NCBI GenBank assembly: GCA_947303785.1
Contig: CAMYZH010000004.1
Coordinates: 1 to 54,839, forward strand
DNA: 54,839 bases
Direction of reading: 5' to 3'
DNA from: an uncultured Clostridium sp.
Lineage (GTDB): Bacteria > Bacillota > Clostridia > TANB77 > CAG-508
The position numbers were made by a program, and so were the translations under genes. Shown piece after piece: positions 1 to 9,882 of this stretch (its first letter is position 1; every line of letters begins with the position of its first letter). The notes under the pieces were generated by a model, which ran no database searches, was not told the DNA's origin, and saw nothing but the letters and a program-made list of their open reading frames with translations.

Positions 1-71
1 TTATTCGTCCCTATGTGGACAATATAACTGTTTTTTTTATTATATATTCAGAGTAGGAGGAGGTATATAAG

Positions 72-1385
72 ATGAAAGAAATATATTTTCAAAATATAAA
101 CGAGTATATTAACAAAGAAGTAACTATTGAGGGATTTGTTGATAATATTCGAGATTTGCAATATGTTCAATTTTTAATTGTGAGAGATAGTTCCGGAAAA
201 TTACAAGTTACCATTGAAAAAAATGAAGAAAATAAAGAACTTAATGAAATAATTTCTAATTTAACAGTTGAAAGTACAGTTAAAATAAAAGGAACAATAC
301 TTGAAAATGAAAAAGTAAAATTAAATGGAAAGGAATTAATACCAACAGAAATTATAGTTACTAGTAAATGTTTAGAAGAATTACCATTAAACTATAGAGA
401 TAGCAAGTCCGCACTATTAGGTACTAGATTAAACTATAGATTTTTAGATTTAAGAAATGAAAAAAATTTGTTAATGTTTAAAGTACAAACTTGTCTTATA
501 AATGCTATGAGAGAATTTGTACTAAGGAAGAATTTTGTGGAAATTCACACACCAAAATTCATAAGTGTTCCAAGTGAATCTGGCTCAAATGTTTTTGAAG
601 TAAAATATTTTGATAGAAAGGCATATTTAGCGCAGAGCCCTCAATTTTATAAGCAAATGGCAATGGCTAGTGGCTTTGAAAAAGTTTTTGAAGTAGCACC
701 TGCATTTAGAGCTGAAAATTCAAATTCATACAGACATGCAACTGAATTTAATTCATTTGACATTGAGATGAGCTATGTAGAGAATTTAGAAGAATTAATA
801 AATTTTGAAGAAGAATTATTGATATATTCATTAAAAAAAGTTAAAGAAGAATATGGAATAAAAATAAAAGAATTATTTAATGTTGACGTTGTTATACCAA
901 CTAGACCTTTTCCAAGAATAAAGTTAGAAGAATTATATGAAGAATTAGAGAAAAAATATGATTTTAAAATGAATTATGAAGATGTTGGAGATATGAATGC
1001 TGAATCAGAGAAACTTGCTTCTGAATATATTAAAGAAAAATATGGACATGAATTTGTTTTTATAACAGATTTTAGCGCTAATAAAAGAGCGTTTTATCAC
1101 AAGAGAAAAAATGGGATTCCTATTGGAGCAGACCTTATTTGGAAAGGGTGCGAAATAACAACTCTTGCACTAAGAGAACATAGATATGAAGAATTGTGCA
1201 AACAGGCTTATGAAAAAGGATTAGGTGAAGATGTAAAATTTTACCTTGAATTTTTTAAATATGGCTGTCCTCCACATGGTGGATTTGCTATTGGAGTAGA
1301 AAGAGTTACTATGTTACTATTAGAAACAGGGTCTTTAAAGGAAACAATGTTTTTATTTAGAGGACCAAGCAGATTGAAACCATAG
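72..1385 (+). CDS. aspS: aspartate--tRNA ligase, type 2 (archaeal-like class IIb AspRS)
   Basis: 437 aa ORF with a GGAGGAGG RBS upstream of the ATG. N-terminal OB fold, then class II motifs FRAENSNSYRHATEF..FDIEMSY and GGFAIGVERV. Length fits short AspRS/AsnRS-type enzymes. Confidence 0.8.
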   Translation: MKEIYFQNINEYINKEVTIEGFVDNIRDLQYVQFLIVRDSSGKLQVTIEKNEENKELNEIISNLTVESTVKIKGTILENEKVKLNGKELIPTEIIVTSKCLEELPLNYRDSKSALLGTRLNYRFLDLRNEKNLLMFKVQTCLINAMREFVLRKNFVEIHTPKFISVPSESGSNVFEVKYFDRKAYLAQSPQFYKQMAMASGFEKVFEVAPAFRAENSNSYRHATEFNSFDIEMSYVENLEELINFEEELLIYSLKKVKEEYGIKIKELFNVDVVIPTRPFPRIKLEELYEELEKKYDFKMNYEDVGDMNAESEKLASEYIKEKYGHEFVFITDFSANKRAFYHKRKNGIPIGADLIWKGCEITTLALREHRYEELCKQAYEKGLGEDVKFYLEFFKYGCPPHGGFAIGVERVTMLLLETGSLKETMFLFRGPSRLKP

Positions 1386-1447
1386 TGAAATTGTTTATTT
1401 CCTGATAATTATAGTAACAAATAAAAATAAAAAAGAAGGTATTGAAG

Positions 1448-2242
1448 ATGAATAAATATGATGAATATCTTAATTTTGCGAAAGATATTGCCCAATATGC
1501 AGGGAAAATAATGTTAAAATATTTTAATCATCCTAATGGTGAAAAATATAAAGACGATAAAACAATTGTGACTTTGGCAGATACAGAAATTAATTCTTAT
1601 TTGATAAAAGAAGTAAAAGAAAAATATCCTGACCATGCCGTAGATGGTGAGGAAGAACAATTTGGAAAAAGTAATTATATGTGGGTATGTGACCCTATTG
1701 ATGGAACTTCTATGTATGCAAGGCATATTCCAGTTGCAGTTTTTTCACTAGCATTGGTAATAGATGGTGAGCCTGTTGTAGGTGTTGTTTATGACCCTTT
1801 TACAGATAATATGTATAGTGCTATAAAAGGAAAAGGTGCATATAAAAATGATGATAAGATGAGTGTTAATTCTATTTTATTAGATGATATGAGAAGTGTT
1901 TCACATTTTGATATGTGGCCAGAAGCGGAATACAATATATTTGATGTAGTAAAAAAATTAGGAGAGAAGACTTATTTTGTCGGAATCGGAAGTGTTATAA
2001 GAGCAAGTATGTGTGTTGCGAGTGGCGAGTTTAATTTAGCTATATATCCTGACACAAAACGTAGAAATTGTGATATTGCTGCTGTTAAAGTAATTGTTGA
2101 AGAAGCGGGTGGAAAAGTTACAAATATATTTGGAGACAAGCAACGATATGATCAAAGTATTAAAGGTGCTGTAATCAGTAATGGATTAGTTCATGATGAA
2201 GTTATAAATGTAATTAAAGATTATATTGGTTTGGAAGAATAA
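1448..2242 (+). CDS. inositol monophosphatase family protein
   Basis: IMPase signature WVCDPIDGT and a C-terminal GSV..A...A.G region. I prefer ATG 1448 (AGAAGG RBS 9 nt upstream) over the TTG at 1442 in the ORF track. Confidence 0.8.
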   Translation: MNKYDEYLNFAKDIAQYAGKIMLKYFNHPNGEKYKDDKTIVTLADTEINSYLIKEVKEKYPDHAVDGEEEQFGKSNYMWVCDPIDGTSMYARHIPVAVFSLALVIDGEPVVGVVYDPFTDNMYSAIKGKGAYKNDDKMSVNSILLDDMRSVSHFDMWPEAEYNIFDVVKKLGEKTYFVGIGSVIRASMCVASGEFNLAIYPDTKRRNCDIAAVKVIVEEAGGKVTNIFGDKQRYDQSIKGAVISNGLVHDEVINVIKDYIGLEE

Positions 2243-2324
2243 TTAGTAGAAGAAGTATGAAATGAAGGCTTTTATTTTTATTGATAATATATTATAATGA
2301 AACAAATTATTAAAAGGAGTAAAG

Positions 2325-4091
2325 ATGAAGAAAAATAATTTATCTAAAGTTTTAAAAAAGATATATAGATTATTAGATAAGAAGCAAAAACTAAGATTTA
2401 TAATAATAGTATTAATAATGATTATTTCAGCTATATTAGCTCAGATGACGCCAAAAGCAATAGGTTGGCTTACTGATGATATTTTATCAAAAAAATTTAT
2501 TTCATTTGATAAAGTAATACCATTTCTTATTTTTATATTAATAGTAAATGTTGTTAATGAAATAATCAAAATCATAAGAAGAGTATTAGTAGAAGATGTA
2601 GCAACAAAAACAGAGAAAAAAGCAAGAGGGATGGTAATAAAGTCTCTTTTAATGGCACCGTTGTCATATTTTAGAAAGAATATGACAGGAAATATTCATG
2701 GAAGATTGAATAGATGTCTTGATGGTACGATAAAATTAGAAAAATTATTATTTATGGATTTTGCACCTGCAATATTTAATAGTATTGCTGCAATTGTTAT
2801 TATATTTATAACACTTCCAATATCTTTAGCTTTACCAATGATGTTAGTAATACCAATTGGAGTGTTTATAGTTTTAAAACAGATTCAGAGCCAAAAGGGT
2901 ATTAGAGTAGAATTATTAAATAGTAAGTCAGAAATGGATGGAACTATTGTTGAATTAATAAATGGAATTGAAGTAATAAGAATCTGTAATAGTTTAGATT
3001 TTGAAACAAATAGATTTGATAATAAATCTGAATTTTTAAGAGCAAAAGAAATGAAACATCATAAGGCGATGGCTTTATATGATTGTTTGAAATTCATAAA
3101 TCAAGCTGTATTTACTGTTTTAGTTATTGGAGTCTCAACTTATTTGGCAACGAAAAACATTATTTCTGTTGGTAGTGTTTTAACAGCATATTTATGTTTT
3201 AATCAACTGCTTAAACCACTAGAAGAATTACATAGAATTTTCGATGAAGTTTCAGAATGTACAGTTCTTGCAACAGATTTCTTTAAAATGACAGAAATAG
3301 AGAACGACTTTTCTTATTTACCGATAAATTCGAAATCAGAAAACAAAATTACTGATGAAATAATAAATATGGAAAATATCACATTTACCTATCCAGAAAA
3401 TGAAGACAAAGTGATACTTGATAATTTTAGTATTGATATAGAAAAAGGAACTTATCTTGGAATAGCCGGACCATCAGGGTGTGGTAAATCATCATTAATA
3501 AAATCAATTTGCAAATTAGAAAAAGCAAATGGAACAATAATTGTTGATAATATTAATTTAAATAATTTATCAAGAAAAGATATTTCTCAAATGATTGCTT
3601 TAGTGCCACAAAGCCCATTTTTAATAGCTGGAACAATTTATGATAATATTACTTATGGTATAGATAGAGAGGTTTCAAAAGAAGAAGTAGAAGAAGCTTC
3701 AAAAAGGGCTTATATATATGATTATATAAATGGATTACCAGAAAAATTTGATACAATGGTTTCTGAAGGCGGAAATAATTTATCTGGTGGCCAAAGACAA
3801 AGAATTGCAATTGCTAGAATTTTTTTGAGAAAGCCTAAAATTCTTATATTAGATGAGGCTACTTCGGCACTAGACAATACTTCAGAAAAGCATATACAAG
3901 CAGAAATAGAAAAGATGAAAGAAGAAAATAATACAACAATAATTGCTATTGCCCATAGATTAACTACTCTAAAGAATTGTGATAGAATTATAGTTCTTAA
4001 TAAGGGACATATAGAAGAGGAAGGAAAGTTTGATGAGTTGATTAATAAGGCAGGAATGTTTAGTGATATGTATTATGGAAAATTGAACTAA
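2325..4091 (+). CDS. ABC exporter, fused permease/ATP-binding protein (MsbA/type I exporter-like)
   Basis: 588 aa with an N-terminal 6-TM region. Walker A GPSGCGKSS, signature LSGGQRQR, Walker B ILILDEATSALD. Confidence 0.85.
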   Translation: MKKNNLSKVLKKIYRLLDKKQKLRFIIIVLIMIISAILAQMTPKAIGWLTDDILSKKFISFDKVIPFLIFILIVNVVNEIIKIIRRVLVEDVATKTEKKARGMVIKSLLMAPLSYFRKNMTGNIHGRLNRCLDGTIKLEKLLFMDFAPAIFNSIAAIVIIFITLPISLALPMMLVIPIGVFIVLKQIQSQKGIRVELLNSKSEMDGTIVELINGIEVIRICNSLDFETNRFDNKSEFLRAKEMKHHKAMALYDCLKFINQAVFTVLVIGVSTYLATKNIISVGSVLTAYLCFNQLLKPLEELHRIFDEVSECTVLATDFFKMTEIENDFSYLPINSKSENKITDEIINMENITFTYPENEDKVILDNFSIDIEKGTYLGIAGPSGCGKSSLIKSICKLEKANGTIIVDNINLNNLSRKDISQMIALVPQSPFLIAGTIYDNITYGIDREVSKEEVEEASKRAYIYDYINGLPEKFDTMVSEGGNNLSGGQRQRIAIARIFLRKPKILILDEATSALDNTSEKHIQAEIEKMKEENNTTIIAIAHRLTTLKNCDRIIVLNKGHIEEEGKFDELINKAGMFSDMYYGKLN

Positions 4092-4104
4092 GGAGGAAAT
4101 TTTA

Positions 4105-4806
4105 ATGAAAACAATTGGAATAATTGGAGGAATGAGTTATGAATCATCAATCCACTATTATGAAAGAATAAATAAACAAGTAAATGATTTAGCAGGAAAT
4201 TTAACTTGTGCAAGAATGATTATTTATAATGTTAATTTTGAAGAAATTAGAAAATTAATGCTAACTAATGAATGGGAAAAAATTGGAGTAGAACTTGCTA
4301 AAATAGCTCGAATATTAGAAAAAGCAGGAGCAGATTATATAGCAATTGCAACAAATACTATGCATAAATTGGCAGATTATGTTCAAAATCAAATTAATAT
4401 ACCACTAATACACATTGCAGATTGTGTTGCAGATAAATGTAAAAAAAGTAAAGTATATAATGTAGGTTTATTAGGAACCAAATATACAATGACAGAGAAT
4501 TTTTTAGTAGATAGGTTAAAGAAAAATGATTTAACTGTTTCGGTACCTCAAAATGAAGAAGAAATTAATGAAATTGATAGAATCATTTTTGATGAATTGT
4601 GTAAGGGTCAAATTAATGAGAATTCTAAAAAATACTTTGTTGATGTAATTAATAATATGGTAAATGAAAAAGGTATTGAGGGAATTATTCTAGGTTGTAC
4701 TGAAATTGAAATGTTAGTTAAACAAAACGATTTAAACATACCAATTTTTGACACTACGCAATCTCATATTGATAGTATTGTTGACTATTCATTAGAGAAA
4801 AAATAA
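4105..4806 (+). CDS. Asp/Glu racemase family protein (YgeA/RacX-like amino-acid racemase)
   Basis: MKTIGIIGGMSYESSIHYYERIN and ATNTMHKLAD..IPLIHIAD closely follow the YgeA pattern. A second catalytic region LGCTEI is present. Confidence 0.8.
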   Translation: MKTIGIIGGMSYESSIHYYERINKQVNDLAGNLTCARMIIYNVNFEEIRKLMLTNEWEKIGVELAKIARILEKAGADYIAIATNTMHKLADYVQNQINIPLIHIADCVADKCKKSKVYNVGLLGTKYTMTENFLVDRLKKNDLTVSVPQNEEEINEIDRIIFDELCKGQINENSKKYFVDVINNMVNEKGIEGIILGCTEIEMLVKQNDLNIPIFDTTQSHIDSIVDYSLEKK

Positions 4807-4840
4807 AAAAATGTATGAAACCAAAAAGGAATAATATATT

Positions 4841-5647
4841 ATGAATGATTTAATAAAAGATATTTATGATACATATATCAGAAGCTTAGTAAATATGAAC
4901 TTTGATGTATATAGAGAAAAAGAATTTGACTTAATACATAACACAATGATAAAAGATGAGTATAGTAATTTTATTTCAAACGTTGCTGCTAGTAATGAAA
5001 AAGAATTCGAAAATATCATAAATATAGCAAGTAAAAAATTTGAAGAGATGAACAGAAAGCTAGTTATATATGTAACTCCAAACATGAAAGAATTATACAA
5101 TAATAGAGATAAATACTTTCCAAAAGAAAAATATCAGTTACTGTCAGAAGAAGTATGGCAAGTTTTTACAGATTTTAATAATTTAGATAAGATTAAAACA
5201 AATTGCGATATGAATGTCGATCTTATCGAAACTTTTGATTATGATAAATTTGGCAAAATTCTAGTAGAAAATTATCAAACAGGTGATAATGATGATCCAT
5301 ATGGAAACCTAGATGATGGTTATAAAAAAGGTTACAAATATAATCAAAAAGATAAAGAAACAAAAGGTGATTTTTATTTTATTAAGGCAGATGGCCAAGT
5401 AGTTGGTACAACTGAAAGTATTTATAATGATCATATTTTAGGTATATTTAGCTTCAGCATAAAAAGCAATTATAGAAAAAAAGGAATAGGTAAAGTTGCT
5501 TTAATAAAACAGCTAGAAAAATGTAGAGAAAAAAATATAGAAGTTGCATTTTTACAAACTGAAAAGGGCTTTTATCCTGCTAAAATGTATAACAAAATGG
5601 GATTTAAAGATATTGCGAATGTTTATTATTACACCAAAATCGTATAA
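4841..5647 (+). CDS. GNAT family N-acetyltransferase (C-terminal GNAT domain)
   Basis: The C-terminal part has an acetyl-CoA binding motif, YRKKGIGKVAL. The N-terminal about 170 aa are not recognisable. Confidence 0.6.
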   Translation: MNDLIKDIYDTYIRSLVNMNFDVYREKEFDLIHNTMIKDEYSNFISNVAASNEKEFENIINIASKKFEEMNRKLVIYVTPNMKELYNNRDKYFPKEKYQLLSEEVWQVFTDFNNLDKIKTNCDMNVDLIETFDYDKFGKILVENYQTGDNDDPYGNLDDGYKKGYKYNQKDKETKGDFYFIKADGQVVGTTESIYNDHILGIFSFSIKSNYRKKGIGKVALIKQLEKCREKNIEVAFLQTEKGFYPAKMYNKMGFKDIANVYYYTKIV

Positions 5648-5672
5648 ATTTTATATTATGAGGAGAATAACC

Positions 5673-5783
5673 ATGAGTTTTTACATTGCTCAGTTTTTTG
5701 GAATACTAGTTATAATATCTAATGTACTTGCTATGCAGATGAAGAAAAATAAAGAAAAGAAATGTTCTATAATTTTAGTTTGA
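5673..5783 (+). pseudogene. truncated YgjV-like inner membrane protein fragment (36 codons)
   Basis: AGGAGA RBS 6 nt before ATG 5673. MSFYIAQFFGILVIISNVLAMQMKK resembles the N-terminus of YgjV family proteins (normally about 160-180 aa), but a stop follows after 36 codons. Confidence 0.35.
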
Positions 5784-5839
5784 GTGCCAAAGTACTTCAT
5801 TTAAAACTATAGAACATTTATTATTGTTATATTTAATAA

Positions 5840-6708
5840 TCAAAATGAGCGATTTACAAAATTTATTATTTTTTGATATTCATTAATTTTATTTAAACTT
5901 GACTTATTAAAGGCCCTTTTGTTTAAATCTTTTTGATTTGAATAAGGTCTTTTTCTATATTTAAAATCTTTAATAATAACATAGTTATCTTTAGATTTTT
6001 GCATTTTTTCTGCAGAAACACTACCAGCATAGTTGGCTACCATATTAGAATTAAACATTGCTTTATATATTGCTAATGCTTCTATATATGAGCCAAGTTG
6101 AGTAGTATGTCTTTCATCTGAAAATAATTCTTGCTTTGTAAGAGTTCCGCGTGGTCTATTCATTTCATCACTTACTTTTTTTAATGCTGTTCCTGAATAA
6201 GCTATTTCGCAATTAGTGTATCCTGAAGCCATTATTGCTTCTTTTGTTAGTTCAAAATTAGAAATTGTAGTATTAATTTCTTCATCTAATAAAGAAGAAT
6301 AACTCCATGTTGAATTAAGTATTATTTTTGTTTCTTCTTTAGAAATCATGTCATATGTATTTAGTATTCTAAGGAATCTGTTTGTTCATTTAAAATATGA
6401 TATTATATTTTTTCACCATTAAAAAGTTTTTTCATTTGTTCAGGGTTATTTTTGATGTAATGGTAATGAAAATTCAAACTCATACTTCCCTTAGCTAATA
6501 CTTTATAATTGTTTTTTTGACCTGATTTAGAAAGCATGTTGCTTAACATTGCCGGCATATTATTATAATAAGTTTTACTATTTCCTATAAATAATATGTT
6601 TATTGTTTTAGTGTTTGAACTAGCAGCATTGGATTTATTCGTTGTAATTGGAATAAATACAACCATCATGCTAAGTATAATAAATAATGATATTATTTTT
6701 TTTATCAT
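5840..6708 (-). pseudogene. secreted SGNH/GDSL-like hydrolase (DUF4886-like), disrupted by an in-frame TAA and a frameshift
   Basis: The N-terminal fragment (6403..6708) has a signal peptide and the ILFIGNSKTYYNNMP motif. It ends at a TAA, after which the same frame reads YHILNEQTD (compare W.YVVLQEQS). The sequence then continues in another frame as RILNTYDMISKEETK..(5840..6349). Confidence 0.6.
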
Positions 6709-6868
6709 TAAAAAAACCTCCTTGTTTATTTTATGTTGACTTCCATTATACCTCGGAATAGTGAATTTGTCAAAATTTATACAATTTTGCTTAGTTAATT
6801 ATTTTATTTTTAATAAAAATATGATATAAGTATATAAATTGTTGTCGGGGAAAGGAATGGAGTTTTTT

Positions 6869-7966
6869 ATGGAAAAGAAATTAGGTTTTGGATGTATGAG
6901 ACTTCCAATGAGTGAAGGAGAAGTTGATTATGATGAATTCAAAAAAATGATTGATTACTATATGGAACAAGGTTTTAATTATTTTGACACAGCACATGGA
7001 TATTTAGGCGGGAAAAGTGAAATTGCAATTAGAGAATGTTTAGCTAAAAGATATCCAAGAGAAAGTTATATATTAACTAATAAATTAACAAAACCCTATT
7101 TTGGGTCACAAGATGAAATAAGAACTTTTTTTAAAAATCAGTTAGAATGGTGTGGTGTTGAATATTTTGATTATTATTTAATGCATGCACAAGATAGAAA
7201 TACTTATCAACATTTTCAAAACACTAATGCTTATCAAGAGTGTTTAAAACTAAAAGAAGAAGAAAAAATAAAACATTTAGGCATTTCATTCCATGATACA
7301 GCAGAAATGCTAGAACAAATATTAACAGAGCATCCAGAAGTTGAAATAGTTCAAATACAGTTTAATTATGCAGATTATGAATCGGCAAGTGTGCAATCTA
7401 AAAAAGTATATGAGGTATGCCGTAAATTTAATAAACCAGTATTGGTTATGGAACCAGTTAAAGGTGGAGGTTTAGTAAACTTACCAGATGAGGCCAAAAA
7501 ATTATTTGATGATTTAAATCAGAATATGAGTTATGCAAGTTATGCAGTAAGATTTGCAGCTAGTTTTGATGGAATGTATAAAGTTTTGTCTGGAATGAGT
7601 AGTTTTGAACAACTTAAAGATAATGTTGGCTATATGAAAGAATTTAAGCCTTTAAATCAAAATGAAATGGAGACTGTGTTAAAAGTTGGAGAATTTTTAA
7701 GAAATATAGGAGGAATTCCATGTACTGCATGTAGATATTGTGTAGATGGTTGTCCAATGAAAATATCAATACCAGATTTATTTTCTTGTTATAATGCAAA
7801 AGTACAATTTAAAGATTGGAATGCAGGATATTATTATAATGTACATACACAAGCAGATCATGGAAAAGCTTCAGATTGTATAAAATGCGGTAAATGTGAA
7901 AGAATTTGCCCACAACATTTGGAAATTAGAAATTTATTAACTAAAGTATCAGAAGTTTTTGAATAA
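6869..7966 (+). CDS. aldo/keto reductase with C-terminal 4Fe-4S ferredoxin-type domain
   Basis: AKR N-terminus LGFGCMRLP..FDTAHGY. C-terminal Cys clusters CTACRYCVDGCP and CIKCGKCERICP. ATG 6869 is preferred because a GGAG lies 7 nt upstream. Confidence 0.8.
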   Translation: MEKKLGFGCMRLPMSEGEVDYDEFKKMIDYYMEQGFNYFDTAHGYLGGKSEIAIRECLAKRYPRESYILTNKLTKPYFGSQDEIRTFFKNQLEWCGVEYFDYYLMHAQDRNTYQHFQNTNAYQECLKLKEEEKIKHLGISFHDTAEMLEQILTEHPEVEIVQIQFNYADYESASVQSKKVYEVCRKFNKPVLVMEPVKGGGLVNLPDEAKKLFDDLNQNMSYASYAVRFAASFDGMYKVLSGMSSFEQLKDNVGYMKEFKPLNQNEMETVLKVGEFLRNIGGIPCTACRYCVDGCPMKISIPDLFSCYNAKVQFKDWNAGYYYNVHTQADHGKASDCIKCGKCERICPQHLEIRNLLTKVSEVFE

Positions 7967-7982
7967 TAAAAGTGAGGGAAAA

Positions 7983-9236
7983 ATGAAAATATTATATTTT
8001 GATTGCTCAAGTGGAATATGTGGTAATATGGTATTAGGTGCATTACTTGATATTATTGATGATGAAAGCTATTTTTTAAATGAAATTAATAAGCTAAATA
8101 TCGATGGATATAAAATTGAAATTTCTAAAAAAGATTCATATGGAATTAATGGTAGATATGTAAATGTTATTATTGATGGTAAAGATGAGTATGGACATAT
8201 TCATCATATACATAATTGTCACAATCAAGACCACGAGTCTGACCAAGACCAAGATCAAGACCATGGCCATGAACATGACCACGAACATGATCATCATCAT
8301 GAACATAGAAACTTGTATGATGTAAATGAAATTATTGATAAAAGTAGCTTAAATGACGAAACTAAAAAACTAGCCAAAGAAATATTTTTAAAAGTGGCTA
8401 AGGCTGAAAGCAAAGTTCATGGAAAGCCAATAGAACAAGTACATTTTCATGAGGTTGGAGCAATAGATTCAATAATAGATATTGTAGGAACAGCAATTTT
8501 AATTAACAAAATTGATCCAGATGCTATTATTTCAAGCGTAGTAAATGAAGGACATGGATTTATAGAATGTGCTCATGGAAAAATGAGTGTTCCAGTACCT
8601 GCTACTTCGCAAATATTTGCTAATGAAAATGTTAAATTTAAACAAATTGATGTTGATACAGAACTTGTTACTCCAACAGGGGCAGCGATAATATCAACAT
8701 TAGCAAAAGATTATACAATGATGCCAGAGATGAAGCTAGAAAAAGTTGGGTATGGCGCAGGTTTTAAGGATATTGGATATTCTAACCTTTTAAAGGTATA
8801 TTATGGTGAGATGATAAGTTCACAGTCTGATATGTATGTAATTGAAACTAATATTGATGATTCTAATGGCGAAGAACTTGGATATACAATGGAAAAACTC
8901 TTTAAAAATAATGCAAATGATGTTTTCTATACTCCTATTTATATGAAGAAAAATAGACCCGCATATAAGCTTGAGGTAATATGTCAAAAAGAAAATTTAG
9001 ATGATTTATTAGAAATAATTTTTAGAGAAACAACGACTATTGGCGCAAGATATTATAAAGTAGATAGGGCTGAACTAAAACGTGAAATAGTTGAAATAGA
9101 TACAAAATATGGGAAAATTTCTGGAAAGAAAATACTAACTCCCAAAGGAAAAGTTTATATATACCCAGAATATGAAAGTATTAAGGAATTAGCTGAAAGA
9201 GAAAATATTCCTTTAAAGGAATTATATAAATTATAA
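7983..9236 (+). CDS. larC: nickel insertion protein LarC (DUF111) with His/Asp-rich metal-binding insert
   Basis: MKILYFDCSSGICGNMVLGALLD N-terminus, HFHEVGAIDSIIDIVG motif, and the His-rich tract HIHHIHNCHNQDHESDQDQDQDHGHEHDHEHDHHHEH. Confidence 0.85.
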   Translation: MKILYFDCSSGICGNMVLGALLDIIDDESYFLNEINKLNIDGYKIEISKKDSYGINGRYVNVIIDGKDEYGHIHHIHNCHNQDHESDQDQDQDHGHEHDHEHDHHHEHRNLYDVNEIIDKSSLNDETKKLAKEIFLKVAKAESKVHGKPIEQVHFHEVGAIDSIIDIVGTAILINKIDPDAIISSVVNEGHGFIECAHGKMSVPVPATSQIFANENVKFKQIDVDTELVTPTGAAIISTLAKDYTMMPEMKLEKVGYGAGFKDIGYSNLLKVYYGEMISSQSDMYVIETNIDDSNGEELGYTMEKLFKNNANDVFYTPIYMKKNRPAYKLEVICQKENLDDLLEIIFRETTTIGARYYKVDRAELKREIVEIDTKYGKISGKKILTPKGKVYIYPEYESIKELAERENIPLKELYKL

Positions 9237-9321
9237 AAAAGGGGCATAAAGTTGGAAAAAATTAGAAGGTATGTTTGAAAATTAAACAGAACATTAAGGA
9301 AAATAAAGGAGAGCTAAGTTT

Positions 9322-9870
9322 ATGGAAGAATATATTGATATTTTAGATGAAAATGGAATTCCAATTAATAAATCAAAAGAAAGAAGTGCTGTTCATAGAG
9401 ATGGAGATTGGCATAAAGTAATACAATTATTTATAATTAATGATGGTAAAATACTATTACAACAAAGAGCATTAACGAAAAAATCTGATCCAGGCAAGTG
9501 GTGCGCTTCAGCATCAGGCCATATTAGTGCTGGGAAAACAAGCTATGATGCAGCAATACAAGAATTTAGCGAAGAACTTGGAATTAATGTTGAGAATGAA
9601 AAAATAAATTTAGTAGATACTTTTAAATCACCTACAATAAGATTTAATAAAGGTGAGAAAATTTATAATAATCATTTTGTTGATTTATATATCAGTACGC
9701 AAAACATTAATTTAGAAAATATAAAATTACAAAAGGAAGAAGTCGAACAAGTAAAATTTTATTCTGTTGATGAATTTGAAGAAATGGTTAAAACAAAAGA
9801 TGAGAGGCTTGCAAATACTCCAATATTATTTGAACACTTATTAAAAGCAATTAAAGATATGGAAGGATAA
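9322..9870 (+). CDS. Nudix hydrolase (182 aa; distant paralogue of the 19606 and 20342 genes)
   Basis: Nudix box region GHISAGKTSYDAAIQEFSEELGI. It has the same length and the same N-terminal pattern (..ID.LDENGI......R...H..G.WH) as the tandem pair. Confidence 0.8.
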   Translation: MEEYIDILDENGIPINKSKERSAVHRDGDWHKVIQLFIINDGKILLQQRALTKKSDPGKWCASASGHISAGKTSYDAAIQEFSEELGINVENEKINLVDTFKSPTIRFNKGEKIYNNHFVDLYISTQNINLENIKLQKEEVEQVKFYSVDEFEEMVKTKDERLANTPILFEHLLKAIKDMEG

Positions 9871-9882
9871 ATCATTTAAGCA

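Noticed and set aside
1-45. Possible tail of a T-box leader or attenuator upstream of aspS (ttcgtccct resembles the sequence that often follows the T-box, and a T-run lies at about 31-39)
   Set aside because: The conserved T-box core and specifier domain would lie outside the window. The visible hairpin is only 4-6 bp and sits 9 nt from the T-run, so the call cannot be supported from this sequence alone.
5544-5783. 79-aa ORF from the track
   Set aside because: Its first half overlaps the 3' end of the GNAT gene in another frame. Only the last 36 codons, from ATG 5673 with an RBS, look like a gene fragment.
8200-8310. Repetitive gac/cat/gaa-rich DNA as a possible tandem repeat locus or CRISPR-like array
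   Set aside because: It is in frame inside larC and encodes the expected His/Asp-rich metal-binding tract. There is no repeat-spacer organisation.
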